Of a stretch of DNA of 64,000 nucleotides, positions 36,101 to 47,888 are shown in pieces. The stretch lies in assembly GCA_000708835.1 (NCBI GenBank), contig DF237230.1:49363-113362 (forward strand), read 5' to 3'. How positions within the stretch are numbered: the stretch's first letter is position 1; each line of letters starts with the position of its first letter. The notes beneath the pieces were generated by a model. That model was not told the DNA's origin. It searched no databases and was given only the letters and a program-made list of their open reading frames with translations. The DNA is from Klebsormidium nitens (lineage: Eukaryota; Plantae; Klebsormidiophyceae). A program made the position numbers and the translations under genes.

Positions 36101-36987
36101 ATCATTACGTAAAGCTAGCGTGCCCCTGTGATAGCTGATTCTCACTCAACTCTAACAGTTTCCGGTGGCAGACTGCACTGGTCACAGACTGCCTCACCTT
36201 TTGCGCAAGTGGCGATCGTGTCTGCGATGTCTTGCTGCTTGAATACGAGGGGGCAGGAGCTGTTTCCCGCCTGCTGGAGGGACCTAGCGCTAGCAACACC
36301 TACAAGCAAATGGTAATATATAATGCGAATGATAATAATAATAATAATAATAATAACAATAATTATACTATAAAGATTATGATGCTAATCTTAAGGCAGC
36401 CTGCAACACAAACTGCTTGGGGAGGGCCAGACGCGGGCCGGCGTGTCTCGACTGCGAGCGCATGTGAGAGAAATTGAAGCAGCAGCTCCAAATGCTGGAG
36501 CCCCTCGGAGGGGGGAAGGAGGAACATTGTTGAACTCGAAGAGAGTCTGCCTCCTGTTCAAATCTTTGCTGAGGAACGTGCTTCGGTCTCAAAGGGCCTG
36601 GCGACATGCAGGCAGGGGTAAAGAAAGGAGAAGCGTGTGCAGGTTGAGTAAAGTCATTTGCGCCTGGCACGACTTTACAATAGAAGAGATTGGGCCTGGA
36701 AGCGGGCACAATTGAGTTTATTAAAAACGAAACTCTTCAAAGAGTCAAGAACTCTAAAAAAATGCGTCTTGACCCCCACTCAACAGTTCAAAAACGGCCT
36801 GCTGTTACGGCTGCCTGGATCAGGTCTGAAATATAGATGACCAAACCCTAAAAGTAAGCCACTGGTAGAGGGATCCCAGGCACTCAAGAGGCTTACCACT
36901 TGCCCGAGTGACGGCTACGAAACAGAAAAAGACGGCAGAGATGCATAAAATTGCACGGACGGGTCTTCCGGCAGCAGTATCCATCAT
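27105..36987 (-). CDS. Receptor-like Ser/Thr kinase with Cys-rich SPARK-like ectodomain (RKF3/URK-2-like), ~671 aa
   Basis: Exons 36987-36897 (signal peptide [30 protein letters not shown]), 32978-32713, 32443-31691, 30682-30428, 30016-29991, 29545-29439, 28710-28562, 27946-27827, 27353-27105; total 2016 nt, in frame. [27 protein letters not shown]. Kinase motifs [48 protein letters not shown]. Confidence 0.92.
33140..33300. repeat. ~85-bp tandem duplication in RLK intron 1
   Basis: GCCACAGCCTTTCAA...AAAGAT(A/C)GTCTAAGAGTGCTT(T/C)TGGCCTTAA(G/A)CTTCTG occurs twice in tandem. Confidence 0.85.
33449..33613. mobile_element. MITE-like element with imperfect 26-bp terminal inverted repeats
   Basis: Left GTGACTTAACAGCGGGGTGACTTAAG versus reverse complement of right end GTGATTTAACGGGTGAGTGACTTAAG (21/26 match). 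The interior is the reverse complement of the core at 23341 and 39335. Confidence 0.7.
36333..36356. repeat. (TAA)8 microsatellite
   Basis: Direct reading of the sequence. Confidence 0.95.
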
Positions 36988-37188
36988 GGCGCTTCGATGC
37001 CGCAATGGCTGCTTGCCAGCACGGGCAACCTTCACTGAGCTGCAAGCCTGGAGAAGATGCAGTTGTGTCACAGTACGCTCTCAACTCAGACGAGAGTCTG
37101 CTCAATCTTGCTCCTTGACAAGCAATCTGCGTCATCCTTTCCGCTGCAAACAATCTCCTCTTTCTACAGATAACACCGGAAAGCGTAC

Positions 37189-37271
37189 GCGACGCACCTA
37201 CTTTCTTCAAGGGCTCCTCAACTCTGAAGACTTTTGCGATGCACCTACTTTCATAAAGGGCTCCTCAATTC
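37189..37271. repeat. 47-bp-period tandem duplication upstream of the RLK start
   Basis: GCGA(C/T)GCACCTACTTTC(T/A)T(C/A)AAGGGCTCCTCAA(C/T)TC occurs twice. Confidence 0.85.
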
Positions 37272-38797
37272 CCACAGATTTTGTGAAGAAGCTTCAGCAC
37301 ACAACAACAGTTCTTCACCAGTTGGAGAATTAGTCATGCCCCCAATGCTGGTGACTCCAAAGGCAAACCTAGTGGAGCGAAGGCTGTAGCTGCGCACAGC
37401 ATCCAATTCTGTGGTGTATTCACAGAAAGTCTTTTCCTACTAGGCACAGCCAGACCAGAATAAATCTTATAAATGTTCGGCCTAAATAGCGTGTTATAGA
37501 TGAATTGTACGAGCCGTTAGCCATTACTGCCGACAAGTTCCGAGGACACTGGTAGGTCCTCAATGTTTTTCGTTGACCAACATGTGGCTCACGCTAGGAC
37601 CAACAGAGGGGCACCCGTCGTCCGTGTCAGATACATTTTCCAACCTTTTCTGTGCCTAAAATTCAAGCCCTGCGAGTACGAAGGATCTTAATATCCCAAA
37701 ACTGTGAAACCGAGGCTCAAGCAACTCAATCATGCAGGTGGCGGCTGGCTTCATATTAGACAGAAGTTGAAGTAGTAGCAAAGAATTGACCCAAGGATTT
37801 TGAAGGGGACTTGCAACCTGCGGCCGCAATATGCTCTACAGCAGTCAAGCAAAGGCCCCGCACAGTGGCTTGTTATGTGTCCCCACATTCTTGAAAGCAA
37901 CAGGTGACACACATTGTTGACAAGATTCCTTTAGCTTGGTTGTCTTTTTGGCCTGGTAGCAAGCAGCAGGACCCAAATGACATTCAAAATGGTTTAGAAA
38001 TCCTGTCATGAAGTGGGAGCCTGCCATGAAGAGGCATGACCTTCAACCCGTTGTGCCTTAAGGCCTTGCATATTTGCTTACCTGAGAAAGACCTCCAATG
38101 CTAAAACATTCGGTCAATGTTCGGGTCACGAACGTCTATCTGCATCTAAAAGTCTACCACGATCGCCGACAGCTCTTGCGTTGCATTGACAGGCCCTAAC
38201 TTGCTCCCTTTCTGTTGCTCAACTCGACCAGCTACACAACCTGGCCTATGTGCGCTTCAATCACTGATTCTTGGACTGCATCCGTACGCAGCCCCGCTGT
38301 CATCCACGACCAGCTCGCAACGGTCAGTTTTGCTGCTCCTTAGGGGCTAGGAATCTACAAAGTGAAACCTACACATAGTTAGACTGCCGCAATAGCCACG
38401 TATGTCACAATGGGCTACCGCCAGCAACCCTCCTCAAAAGGCAGAATTTCAGCTCACGCTCCCCGTTCCAATGAGAGAAACTTGTGTTTGCACTTTCTCA
38501 AACTGTTCAAAGTAAAAGGACTGTGTAAAGCTGTGGAGCATGAGCCGGCCACTGCTTAGCTTAAAAACTCCTTCCAGTGCAGGGCGTCCCCGGAACCACC
38601 GCCTCTTTCTTTCCTTCTTCAAATTCAGGAACTCAGAAAACGTCCAAGAAGAAGCGTTGGTTGTTGAACTTGTGGAGCACCACGCACTATACCGTGACTA
38701 GTAACTACCTACCTACCTACCTACCTACGGTACTTCATTGAAGGAACCTACCCTACCTACGGCCGGTACCGGTACCTACCGTAGTCCAACGTGATAA

Positions 38798-39334
38798 NNN
38801 NNNNNNNNNNNNNNNNNNNNNNNNNNNNNNNNNNNNNNNNNNNNNNNNNNNNNNNNNNNNNNNNNNNNNNNNNNNNNNNNNNNNNNNNNNNNNNNNNNNN
38901 NNNNNNNNNNNNNNNNNNNNNNNNNNNNNNNNNNNNNNNNNNNNNNNNNNNNNNNNNNNNNNNNNNNNNNNNNNNNNNNNNNNNNNNNNNNNNNNNNNNN
39001 NNNNNNNNNNNNNNNNNNNNNNNNNNNNNNNNNNNNNNNNNNNNNNNNNNNNNNNNNNNNNNNNNNNNNNNNNNNNNNNNNNNNNNNNNNNNNNNNNNNN
39101 NNNNNNNNNNNNNNNNNNNNNNNNNNNNNNNNNNNNNNNNNNNNNNNNNNNNNNNNNNNNNNNNNNNNNNNNNNNNNNNNNNNNNNNNNNNNNNNNNNNN
39201 NNNNNNNNNNNNNNNNNNNNNNNNNNNNNNNNNNNNNNNNNNNNNNNNNNNNNNNNNNNNNNNNNNNNNNNNNNNNNNNNNNNNNNNNNNNNNNNNNNNN
39301 NNNNNNNNNNNNNNNNNNNNNNNNNNNNNNNNNN
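38798..39334. other. Assembly gap (537 N), flanked by (CTAC)n on the left and a MITE-family copy on the right
   Basis: Run of N; CTACCTACCTAC at 38707-38780; repeat core starts at 39335. Confidence 0.98.
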
Positions 39335-39445
39335 ACCTAACCCAAATGATCACCCGCTCCGCACCCCAACCCACCCTAACCACCATACCAACCCTACCCG
39401 TCCCCCGGGTACCTATCTTAGGTCACACGGCTCTTAGGTCACACG
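39335..39445 (+). mobile_element. Third copy of the MITE-like family, truncated by the gap
   Basis: Core motif plus terminus CTTAGGTCACACGGCTCTTAGGTCAC, matching the reverse complement of the 33449 TIR at about 21/26. Confidence 0.65.
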
Positions 39446-40010
39446 AGAGTTATCGGAGTTTGAGCAACCCAAAAAGGCAACATCCGGGCCCCGGGGTTCG
39501 CATGCACCCGGATCGAATTCATACGGTAGTTATTAGTAATAAGTATACAGTAAACCCCTATGTAACCATCTCGGAAACCTTGAAGAAGGCGGAGCTGTCT
39601 CGTGATTCGTCAGTTACAATTTCAGGTCTTCAGTTGTAAACCAGGCAGTAACTCAAGACGTTAAGGTGCCCGGAGTCTCGCCCCGAGCTCTTTGAACTTT
39701 CAGCAGATTCAGGTTTGTGTCAGCAAGATTTTCGTCGTCACGGGTGACGGCTTCGCATTTATTTCTCTCTCGGCTGGTCATATTCAGCTGTCCTGATTTC
39801 AACATTCCGTACACATGTTAGCCGTGCTGGCAGCTGGCATCGCCGTCCATTCGTCCTCATCTACCATCTTATCAACGGCTTTTGTGGGCAGTTGAGCAAG
39901 ATACGTTCCGTTCATGCTTCATGCTGCAGCGGAATGGGATTTTGGAGTCAAGCGGACGGATGGAACAAAAACCCATTTTTGCCCAACTGCTTCAACACGC
40001 ACTTTAGCCT

Positions 40011-40019
40011 TTAGGGTTT
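40011..40019 (-). promoter_or_regulatory. Telo-box-like motif (AAACCCTAA) upstream of P4H1; further perfect copies at 40555-40563 (P4H1 intron 1) and 36843-36851 (RLK intron 1)
   Basis: Exact 9-mer matches near gene 5' ends; function not shown. Confidence 0.3.
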
Positions 40020-40173
40020 TCACACTCGTTGGAGCTTGAAACGTCTTCAGCTCGAAGTGCTCAGCTCAGCTCACCATGTGCGCAAGCAGTGCCAGCAGGT
40101 CATTCCTAGCTCGCGCAGGGCGATGTGGGCGTCATCGTTGCGTCTACAGGCGTATCTAATTGCGTTATAGACT

Positions 40174-43100
40174 ATGGCAGGCGGTCACTTACATAAAAGG
40201 GACGTCGTAAAGGTTGCTCAACTGTGCACGCGGGCCACCCTTTTCGTGGTGGCGACTATCGTTCTTGGTGAGCGTCAGCTGAAAGACTTCTCAGAATGTT
40301 TTAGATCTTGCTTTCTGGAGCATCGTGCACATGTGTGCAAACGCGCTCGCTCAATCGGCATTGAATGCACAAAGAGACAGCACTTCACTCCTTTGTTCTT
40401 CTGGTTTGAGAAAGAGCTCCAACAAGTCAACTGAAGCAAAATAGGCCTGTGCATCCTTCCCATGGTGGTCTCATGTTAGCTGCAATTATTTGTATCGTAT
40501 TGTACCATTCAACAGCATTGCAGCAGTCTGCAGGAAGATCTCCCAGCTCTCACTTTAGGGTTTGCATGACGCCTGACATTTTTCATTGGCAGTGACCTTA
40601 TGGCGCGTCGTGGTGCATGACTCGTCTCAGACAGGTGCGTCCTCGCAAGCTGTATGAACATCCATCCTTCCCTGGGGGTTTTCTTGGCTTAGTCAAGTGT
40701 GGTTCGGCGGTATTATTGATCAGTAGGATAGCGAACCAGCGGACAATGTGGACGGACGGGCAGTCGATTAACTTGGTCCGCTATTTACCTGATGCGCCTG
40801 AGCTAAACCTCTAATCTGCCCAGAAATCTGGCTGCAAAGAAAGGTCGCTGAAGCAAAGGTGTAGTTTTACAACGTGCAGAAAGTTGTGAGTGCTCATTCA
40901 TGCCTTGCAAATATCAATGCCCAACGCTTCATGAGGACTGCGACCCTTTTTTAGATTTTCAGTCAAAGCCAGTTTGTTGGATGTCGCGGTATGAGGAGTC
41001 ACGTTTACAGACTTCAGCCTTTTCCTTCACTGGTGGTTCTCGTTGACGTAATGTACCCCTGCCTGCAGTTGTTTCTTCTGCTTGAACTACAGCCAATGAC
41101 CAAATTGGATGCTCTTGCAGTCCTGATAGATGACCACTTTTCAGAGCAAGGAACATTTGTTAAGATACGTAACTTGTTTGCGGTCTGCTTGTAACATGCG
41201 GCAGTCAAACCCACTTGCTGAAAACAGGGCAGTACGAACTCAAGACAGCGATTCTGATTCCCTCAGGAGATCCGAGGCGAGAGGCCCTGGAGGTCGCAGC
41301 GGGCAAAGAAATAAACCCTCCAGATCATGAACAATGTAAGGCCGAAGGCTTTCACAGAGTTGCTTCGGGGGTCAACTCGTGGGACTAGTCAATCAGGCCT
41401 TACCGGAATGTGTAATGTATGTAATGGTTCCGTATGACTGTACTGAGAGCCCATGGTTAGCATTGATCCCAATCTGTCTTCTAGCGACGAGTTGCACTAG
41501 GGGGGAGAAAACAATGGAGCTGCTTAGTTCTGGAGTCAGTTGTGCTTCAATAGGCAGGTGGCTCATGTTTGACTCGACTTGGAACTATTAATCAGAGCCC
41601 ATCCTGTGCGGAAAATGGTTTATGCCTCCGTACTTTGACTTCTTCCGACTGCATGAGGGGCTAAAGGTCCAAGCTCAACACTTGGTAATCTGGAAGTAGA
41701 ATTAGATACATGCTGTTTGACGCTCTGAACTTGACGCGTTTCACAATCTGGTGGTCTTCATTGTTCGGTCGCACAAGTGCACCTGCTGGGTGAGTTGCTA
41801 ATTTCTCCTACGGACTGTCAGATAAGCACCTATAGCGAAACGTCTTACTTTTCCAGCGACAGAACAAAGATTTCAACCTTTCAAAGAGTCAATTGGTCTT
41901 TTCACAAGATTCACGACTCAACACGGTCATTGCCTTCATTCAGATGCTGCTTTTGGAGGAAGCGAAGATCGTGTTGTTTCTCTTGCAGCTATCATAGATT
42001 CGCCCTTGTACAATGATCCGATTGCAAAGACCCTGCGCTTGGGGAAGGTAAGCTTGCTGCCCAATAGTCATCTTGCTCTTGTACAGCCATCGTGCTTCTC
42101 ATAAAAGCTGCTGTAGCGATTCTGATGGCCAAAGTTGGTACTCCTCTTGGACGCTTTGAGCATAGTCTGGCACAATGATTCTGAGTAGCGTCGCTTATTG
42201 TCGCTTATAAGTCAGACGATCCAGTTCTGCTTCGAATAATCTCCAGGCCATACGCTCTGAAAGTTCCAGATTTGTCCAAAGGAAACTGAAACAAAACCGT
42301 TTCGTTTTCGATTGTCGTACTTCAACGATTTGCCAACGGAGATCTGCATATGAAGTATTTCCTGGACCTTCTTTTGTTTACTGGGAGTCGAGGTGTGCGA
42401 GGATGTCAATGATAATCACGTGAAGTTTGAAAGCTGACGCCGTTTTTCCCTACTTTGTGTCACTGCTGCAGATTAAGCCGGAGATCATCAGTTGGAACCC
42501 TCGTATCATCCTGTTCCACAACTTCCTCAGCGAAGAGGTGCGTGCACCGTCCCTCAAACACAACCAGCGGCTAGTCCGCATCAGAAGCTTCTATGTTGTG
42601 ATACTTGATGTTTGCGGGGTCGTTGTTAAACTGGGCCTCTGAAATGTAGTGTCGAATTCAGTATGGTGTGCTTCGTATCGTCCTTGTCGTTTTCACTATC
42701 ACGTGCTTCGTATTCTCCTGGTTCTTAGTGCTTTCCTGGTGAGGTTGTGCTAGACGTGCCGTTTCGCGAGCTTTTGATCAATCTGATAAGTACCGAATCA
42801 TGTCAATCAGACACTTCCTTGATCATGAACTGCGTTACGGCAGGATAAACGAATGAAGATTGCTTTTAAGCAATTAGCCCAGTGCTGTGCGCCTAGCGTG
42901 CAGGGGAGATGCACATTTCTTGCGCATGGACAATTCAGAGGACTCGTCGGGCGTTTGTCGAAAAGGACCCGTTTTACTTCTCTGCAGAATTTCCCCTGCG
43001 TTGTTTTCGCACCAGATTGGATGTCGATATTGTTCCGCTGTTTGCAAGGGTTTCGACCTTCCTCCACTCCAGGCCATCTTAACCGCCACGCCAGAGGATG

Positions 43101-46100
43101 TCTCCGATGGTCCTTTTGACGAGGAATAAAGCAGCAAAAAAGCAGCGGAAATCTGATTCCTGATCTGTGTATCCGTCCCAAAAATACCATCTCAGATTTT
43201 GGGTTTCATTTTGCAGGAAGCGCAGCACATGATCGACTTGGGGCGGCCCCGGCTGGAGAAGTCAACAGTAGTGGACGTGCAAACGGGCCAGGTGCGAACG
43301 TCCCGCCAATCTACACGCTGCTGACGTGTCGTTCTCGTTCTGGTTCTGAGTTTCTTACTACCCGGCTTTTTTATCGCACAGACGATGTCTGACGGCCGCT
43401 TCTACCGTTTGGATCCCGTGCCTCTTTTCGCAATGGGGTGTCGTCACTGCTTTATCAGCCAGGTTTCCTGGCAACGCAAGTGGGGTGTCCCGAATTATGT
43501 CCTTGACAAAGCGGACTGTCCAAGGTGTGGCAATGCGCATCCCCTCATTTGGCGAAGCAACCAGATCCCTGTGTTCGCACATTTAGAACATGGCCCGGAA
43601 TCTGCGTAAAGGCTGTAGGGAGACAAGCACTCGAAGCAACCGTGAGGGAGAAGAACCGGACGCTATTCGAAGGATTCGGAGAGGGCGTCAGTCTGTGTAG
43701 ATAGCATGCGTGCGGAAAAATGGACGCAAAGGACTTGAGCTTTTCCGGCAGGTGCACACGAGTTTCACGGAAATTTGAAGAGGACGAAACTCGGTTGCCG
43801 CTTTCATCAGTGTTATATCTCAATGCGGGGTCCCGCGTTTCGAAAATTCCTCAAACTCAGAATTCGACAGATCATTCTGCTTGGTTATTCGTGGCTGACG
43901 TCAGGTTGAACAGGCCATCCAACGCCCATTTTAAGCAGAATGGACACTTTCATAAGCCCGTGTAGAGTTAATGACGCTGGCTCTCTTTTGCCGCAGGGCA
44001 TCCAAAGCAAGGTGCGGACTAGTAGCGGCATGTTTCTGAGCATGTCGGACCGACAGAACGACCTTGTGGTCCAGGTAAGGTGATGCGGTGCTCCTTCGAT
44101 TCAGGTTTGTAGTTGTTAGGGATTCCTTTCGGGGCCCGTATTCCTGGGCTATTCCTTTTGGACTTATCTAAGGGCTTGTTCTCTCGATCGGGATTTGTGA
44201 ACCGGACGCGGATGTTTTTGTCGTCCCTTCAGCTCCCATGCTCTCCATTCTGGGTTCGCGTCGGCCTGTATTCCTCAAAGCCTTGCCAAGTTTTCAAAAA
44301 ACTTCTGCTGTAGTAATCCACCAACAAAACCTCTACTTGCTGTAGTAATCCATCAACACCTTGGATGCAGTGTCAAACGGGTTGGCTCCGATAACCGTCT
44401 CCCTCAAAACATGCATTTCTTTACAGAAATCATAAGCAGTTCACGCGATTCTTGTATACAATGATTTCCGGACTCGTTTCACCTTTCCTTTTTCGCTGTT
44501 TCAGATAACTGAGGCTTGCATCAGCCACATTGTGTGCCCCAATCAGGCACCCACCAAACTCAAAGCTTGACAAATTATTATATCCCTCCCTTCTGCTAAA
44601 AGCGTTCGTCTCGTTTTCTTCATTCAGGCGATCGAGGAGCGCATCAGCCACTTCACATACACGCCCATACCGAACGGGGAGCTGCTGCAGATTTTGCGCT
44701 ACGAGAAGGACCAGTACTACAAGCCGCACCACGACTACTTCTCGGATGAGGTCAGGCCTGACGTCATCACCGCGCTGTCGTCATCCGTCGCGTCTGGCTC
44801 CTGACTATTATTCAATTCTGCGTCAGGATGCGTGGTTGAAAGCGCGGTGTCGATGTTGCTTAGCTTGAATTGCCTGCAGCGATCACACGAGTTTTCCTTT
44901 GCATCTCGAATCGGTGGGTACATTCAATACTGGGCATATGGCCAGCTTTGGTCGATTGTCAATACGGGATTCACTCCTCGAGACTCAGAATCTAGAAGGT
45001 CCTCATTATTCTCGATGCGAAGTGAGGCTAAACGCGACCGATCCTTGGTTCCAAAGTTTGAAGGAGATCTCTTTTGTCGCGTTCCACAGCACAGCAGGGC
45101 CAGACTATGCGCTTGACTCTTAAACTCTAGAGGAGTACTTTTTGGTCCCTGTCAGTAGAACGGTCAAAACAATCGTAGGAAGTCCGAAGAGTGCGACGAG
45201 TATCTTGCGTTTGCATCCGGATACTTGAGCTCTCATGATCTGACAATTGACTGCGCAACACCAGACTAACCCGTAGTCTCAATCTTCTATCAACAACCTA
45301 GGTGCTTGCAGAGTTTCGGTTCGAAGTATCATACACGGTTTGTGATTGACTTCGCAGTCAAACCCCTTTTTTCTTCTTCGCAGTTCAATGTGAAGCGAGG
45401 GGGCCAGCGCGTCGGAACGGTGCTCATGTATCTATCGGACGTTGAAGAAGGGGGCGAAACCATCTTCCCAAATGTGAGTTTGTGGCAGCTTCTCCTCGTT
45501 CCGTTCTTCCCTTCTTGTCTTTTTTTGAATTTTCTGTCTCTTTTATTGTTCCGATCTATATCATTATCTCTTCCGGCCAGCAGACGAAGTTTTAGTTGGC
45601 GAAGAACTGTAGGGGGCCAAGGCCACCTTTCCAAACGTGAAAACCCGGCAGCATCATTCCAGTTGCTTCAGTTCTTCCCTTCTTGTCTTTGCCTTTGTTT
45701 TACATACTTTGCGTGCATCGAACTCAAATTCTTTTGGTGAAAAACTTGGTTGGCGCATGTTTCGGTGCCTTTTTGCCGGCCAGACATGGTCGACGTCTGG
45801 TTAAGTAGCCTCAGGATCAAAACGGTAAGCGAACAAAGCCGTCCTTCAAGGCGCCATGATTTCGTAGCATCCCACCTTGACACCGCTCTGCCTCCAGTCG
45901 ACTGTTGCCAGCAGCCCCGCTAGCATCGGCTGGCGTTTGGCCCAAAGTCTGCCTATCGGCTCTCGTCTTCTTAGATAAGCATTTTCGACACAGCGATCTC
46001 CCTTGCGTCTTCACTGCGCTCTTCTCAGGTGTTTCGACGATTGCAATGTTGGCTGCCGTCATTGCTATGCGTTCTTGGAAGCTGCAAGTTTTGAGCCGTT

Positions 46101-47888
46101 GGTATGGAACACCTTGACTTAAATGCGTCCCTACTCTTTGTATCTTGACGAGGCCCATATACTGAGCATTTCGTGAGCTTGTGGTTTAGCTGGTTTCCAA
46201 ATCTTTTTGTCGTCTTCTCCTTTCTCGTGCGTTTGCCCATTGGATTCTATCGCTGGGGTTCCCTTCCTCGTTCCACATACCTACTGAAATTCCGAAGGGG
46301 CTATGCTAGGCTTGCTGCTCGCAAGACTGGCTCATTTTCGTACCTGCTCAATGAAACTTGGTTAATGCATTGATGGTTTGGCGGCAAGCTTGGTCACATC
46401 GAAGGGTGCGCTCTTTTCGGGCTTGATCGGCTCCTTGCTTTCGGAGTCCTCTTCAAATCAAAATGCGCCTCCCAACCTTGTGAAGTGCGAACGAGGAGCG
46501 GGCAGATCCGAACGGTTGTTGGTTCGCCAGCCAATGTTGCCTTGTGAGAGCGCTGACTACGAACGCCTCTACCCATTATAGGAGTTGAGATTCTAAGAAT
46601 ACTAAGACGGGCACGTTTCAAGACGGTCATCAGTCTGTGACTCCATTCCCGAGTCTTATCAACCCAACACTTGAGACCAATATTGACAAGCACTTCGTTG
46701 TGTAAGAAACGGACATCTCCCCATTCAGAAAAGCGGGTCGCCCAGAATCGCAGAGATAGCCTAAGGCCTATGAACTTTTTCGGAGTCCCCTTGTTGAGTC
46801 TTCCGCATCAGCAGCGTTAATTATACCAAGTTCTCCATGAGTAACAACAGTCCTTGTGAGAAGAAAAGCGATTTGCCAGGTACCAGTTCTGCTGCTAACG
46901 CACGCGTTCGTGTGCAGGCGGAGATAGCCCCCGGTCAACCCACGTGCTCGTGTGGGGAGGATCCGAAGCCCGGTTTGTGCGTCAAGCCGAAGAGGGGGAA
47001 CGCCATCCTCTTCTGGAGTAAAGTAAGCTTGTTCAGGGCTTTCTGTCCCTTTTCTTACATTGGTCGACGTCTCCAAACCGGTTTGCCGCGTTCTAGTCTG
47101 AAGTCAAGAAAGCCCATCAGGATTGTTTGTTTCTTTTCATTTCATTGGTTGGCGTTTCCACTTTTCCCGGTTGCTTTTCTGAGTCATGCCAGCAATGAGC
47201 TGGCGTTTCCGCTTCACCCGGCTGCTGTTTTGAGCTTGCGAAAGATGAACTGTTTATCCGTGAGAAGAGCAAGCAAAAAGTCAAGGGAAAAGAGGTAGTT
47301 CTTTCATTGAGGCAACGTCGTGATTGCAACGTGCACCAGTAATATACTCTGTGTAATCTGATGAGGCGTTACCTGATCAACGCCATCATCGTTCTCGACC
47401 GGTCGTGGTTGCCTCTACGCACGTCACACGAGCTCTGAAAACGTATCCAGAAAGGTCGGAGTCGGCTCGCATTGCGAGTTCTGTTGGCGCTTCTTTTCCC
47501 CATATGAAACGCGGAAACCTGGTGGCTGATGGAGCTTCGTAAGCGCAAGTCGAAATGGCACCGCTGGTCAAAATGTCCTTTGTGTATGATTCTCTTTATA
47601 CCGGAGAACATAGAGATCTTCGGCGGGAGCGCTAAAACAGTCTCCGGATTCCAGACGCGATATGGTTTTCGAACGCAAGAAGGAATCTCGATTGTGCGCC
47701 CTCGTCTGTTCTTGTGATGCATGCACGGCGTACTCGGGTCTTCATTGCAACAAAAAGAAGCCGACAATGTTTGTTTGCAGACTCTAGAGGGGGCCGTGGA
47801 TCCCTTGAGTCTACATGGGGGCTGCCCTGTCGTGGTGGGGGAGAAGTGGAGTTCGACCAAATGGATCCGGGAACGAGCGTTTGTCTGA
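40174..47888 (+). CDS. P4H1: Prolyl 4-hydroxylase (2OG-Fe(II) dioxygenase), P4H1-like, type II membrane anchored
   Basis: Exons 40174-40267, 41121-41168, 41228-41335 (these 5' exons are less certain), 41989-42047, 42472-42537, 43217-43291, 43997-44074, 44628-44750, 45384-45473, 46918-47022, 47781-47888. Motifs KPEIISWNPRI, RTSSGMFL, QILRYE..YYKPHHDYF (HxD), GGQRVGTVLMYLSDVEEGGETIFP, VKPKRGNAILFW, SLHGGCPVVVGEKWSSTKW. Confidence 0.95.

Noticed and set aside
35160-36120. Long protein-looking plus-strand frame with scattered stops in RLK intron 1
   Set aside because: About 11 stops in ~320 codons is close to random expectation, and there is no recognisable motif.
38757-39639. Long ORFs in the track spanning the N run
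   Set aside because: Artefacts of the assembly gap.
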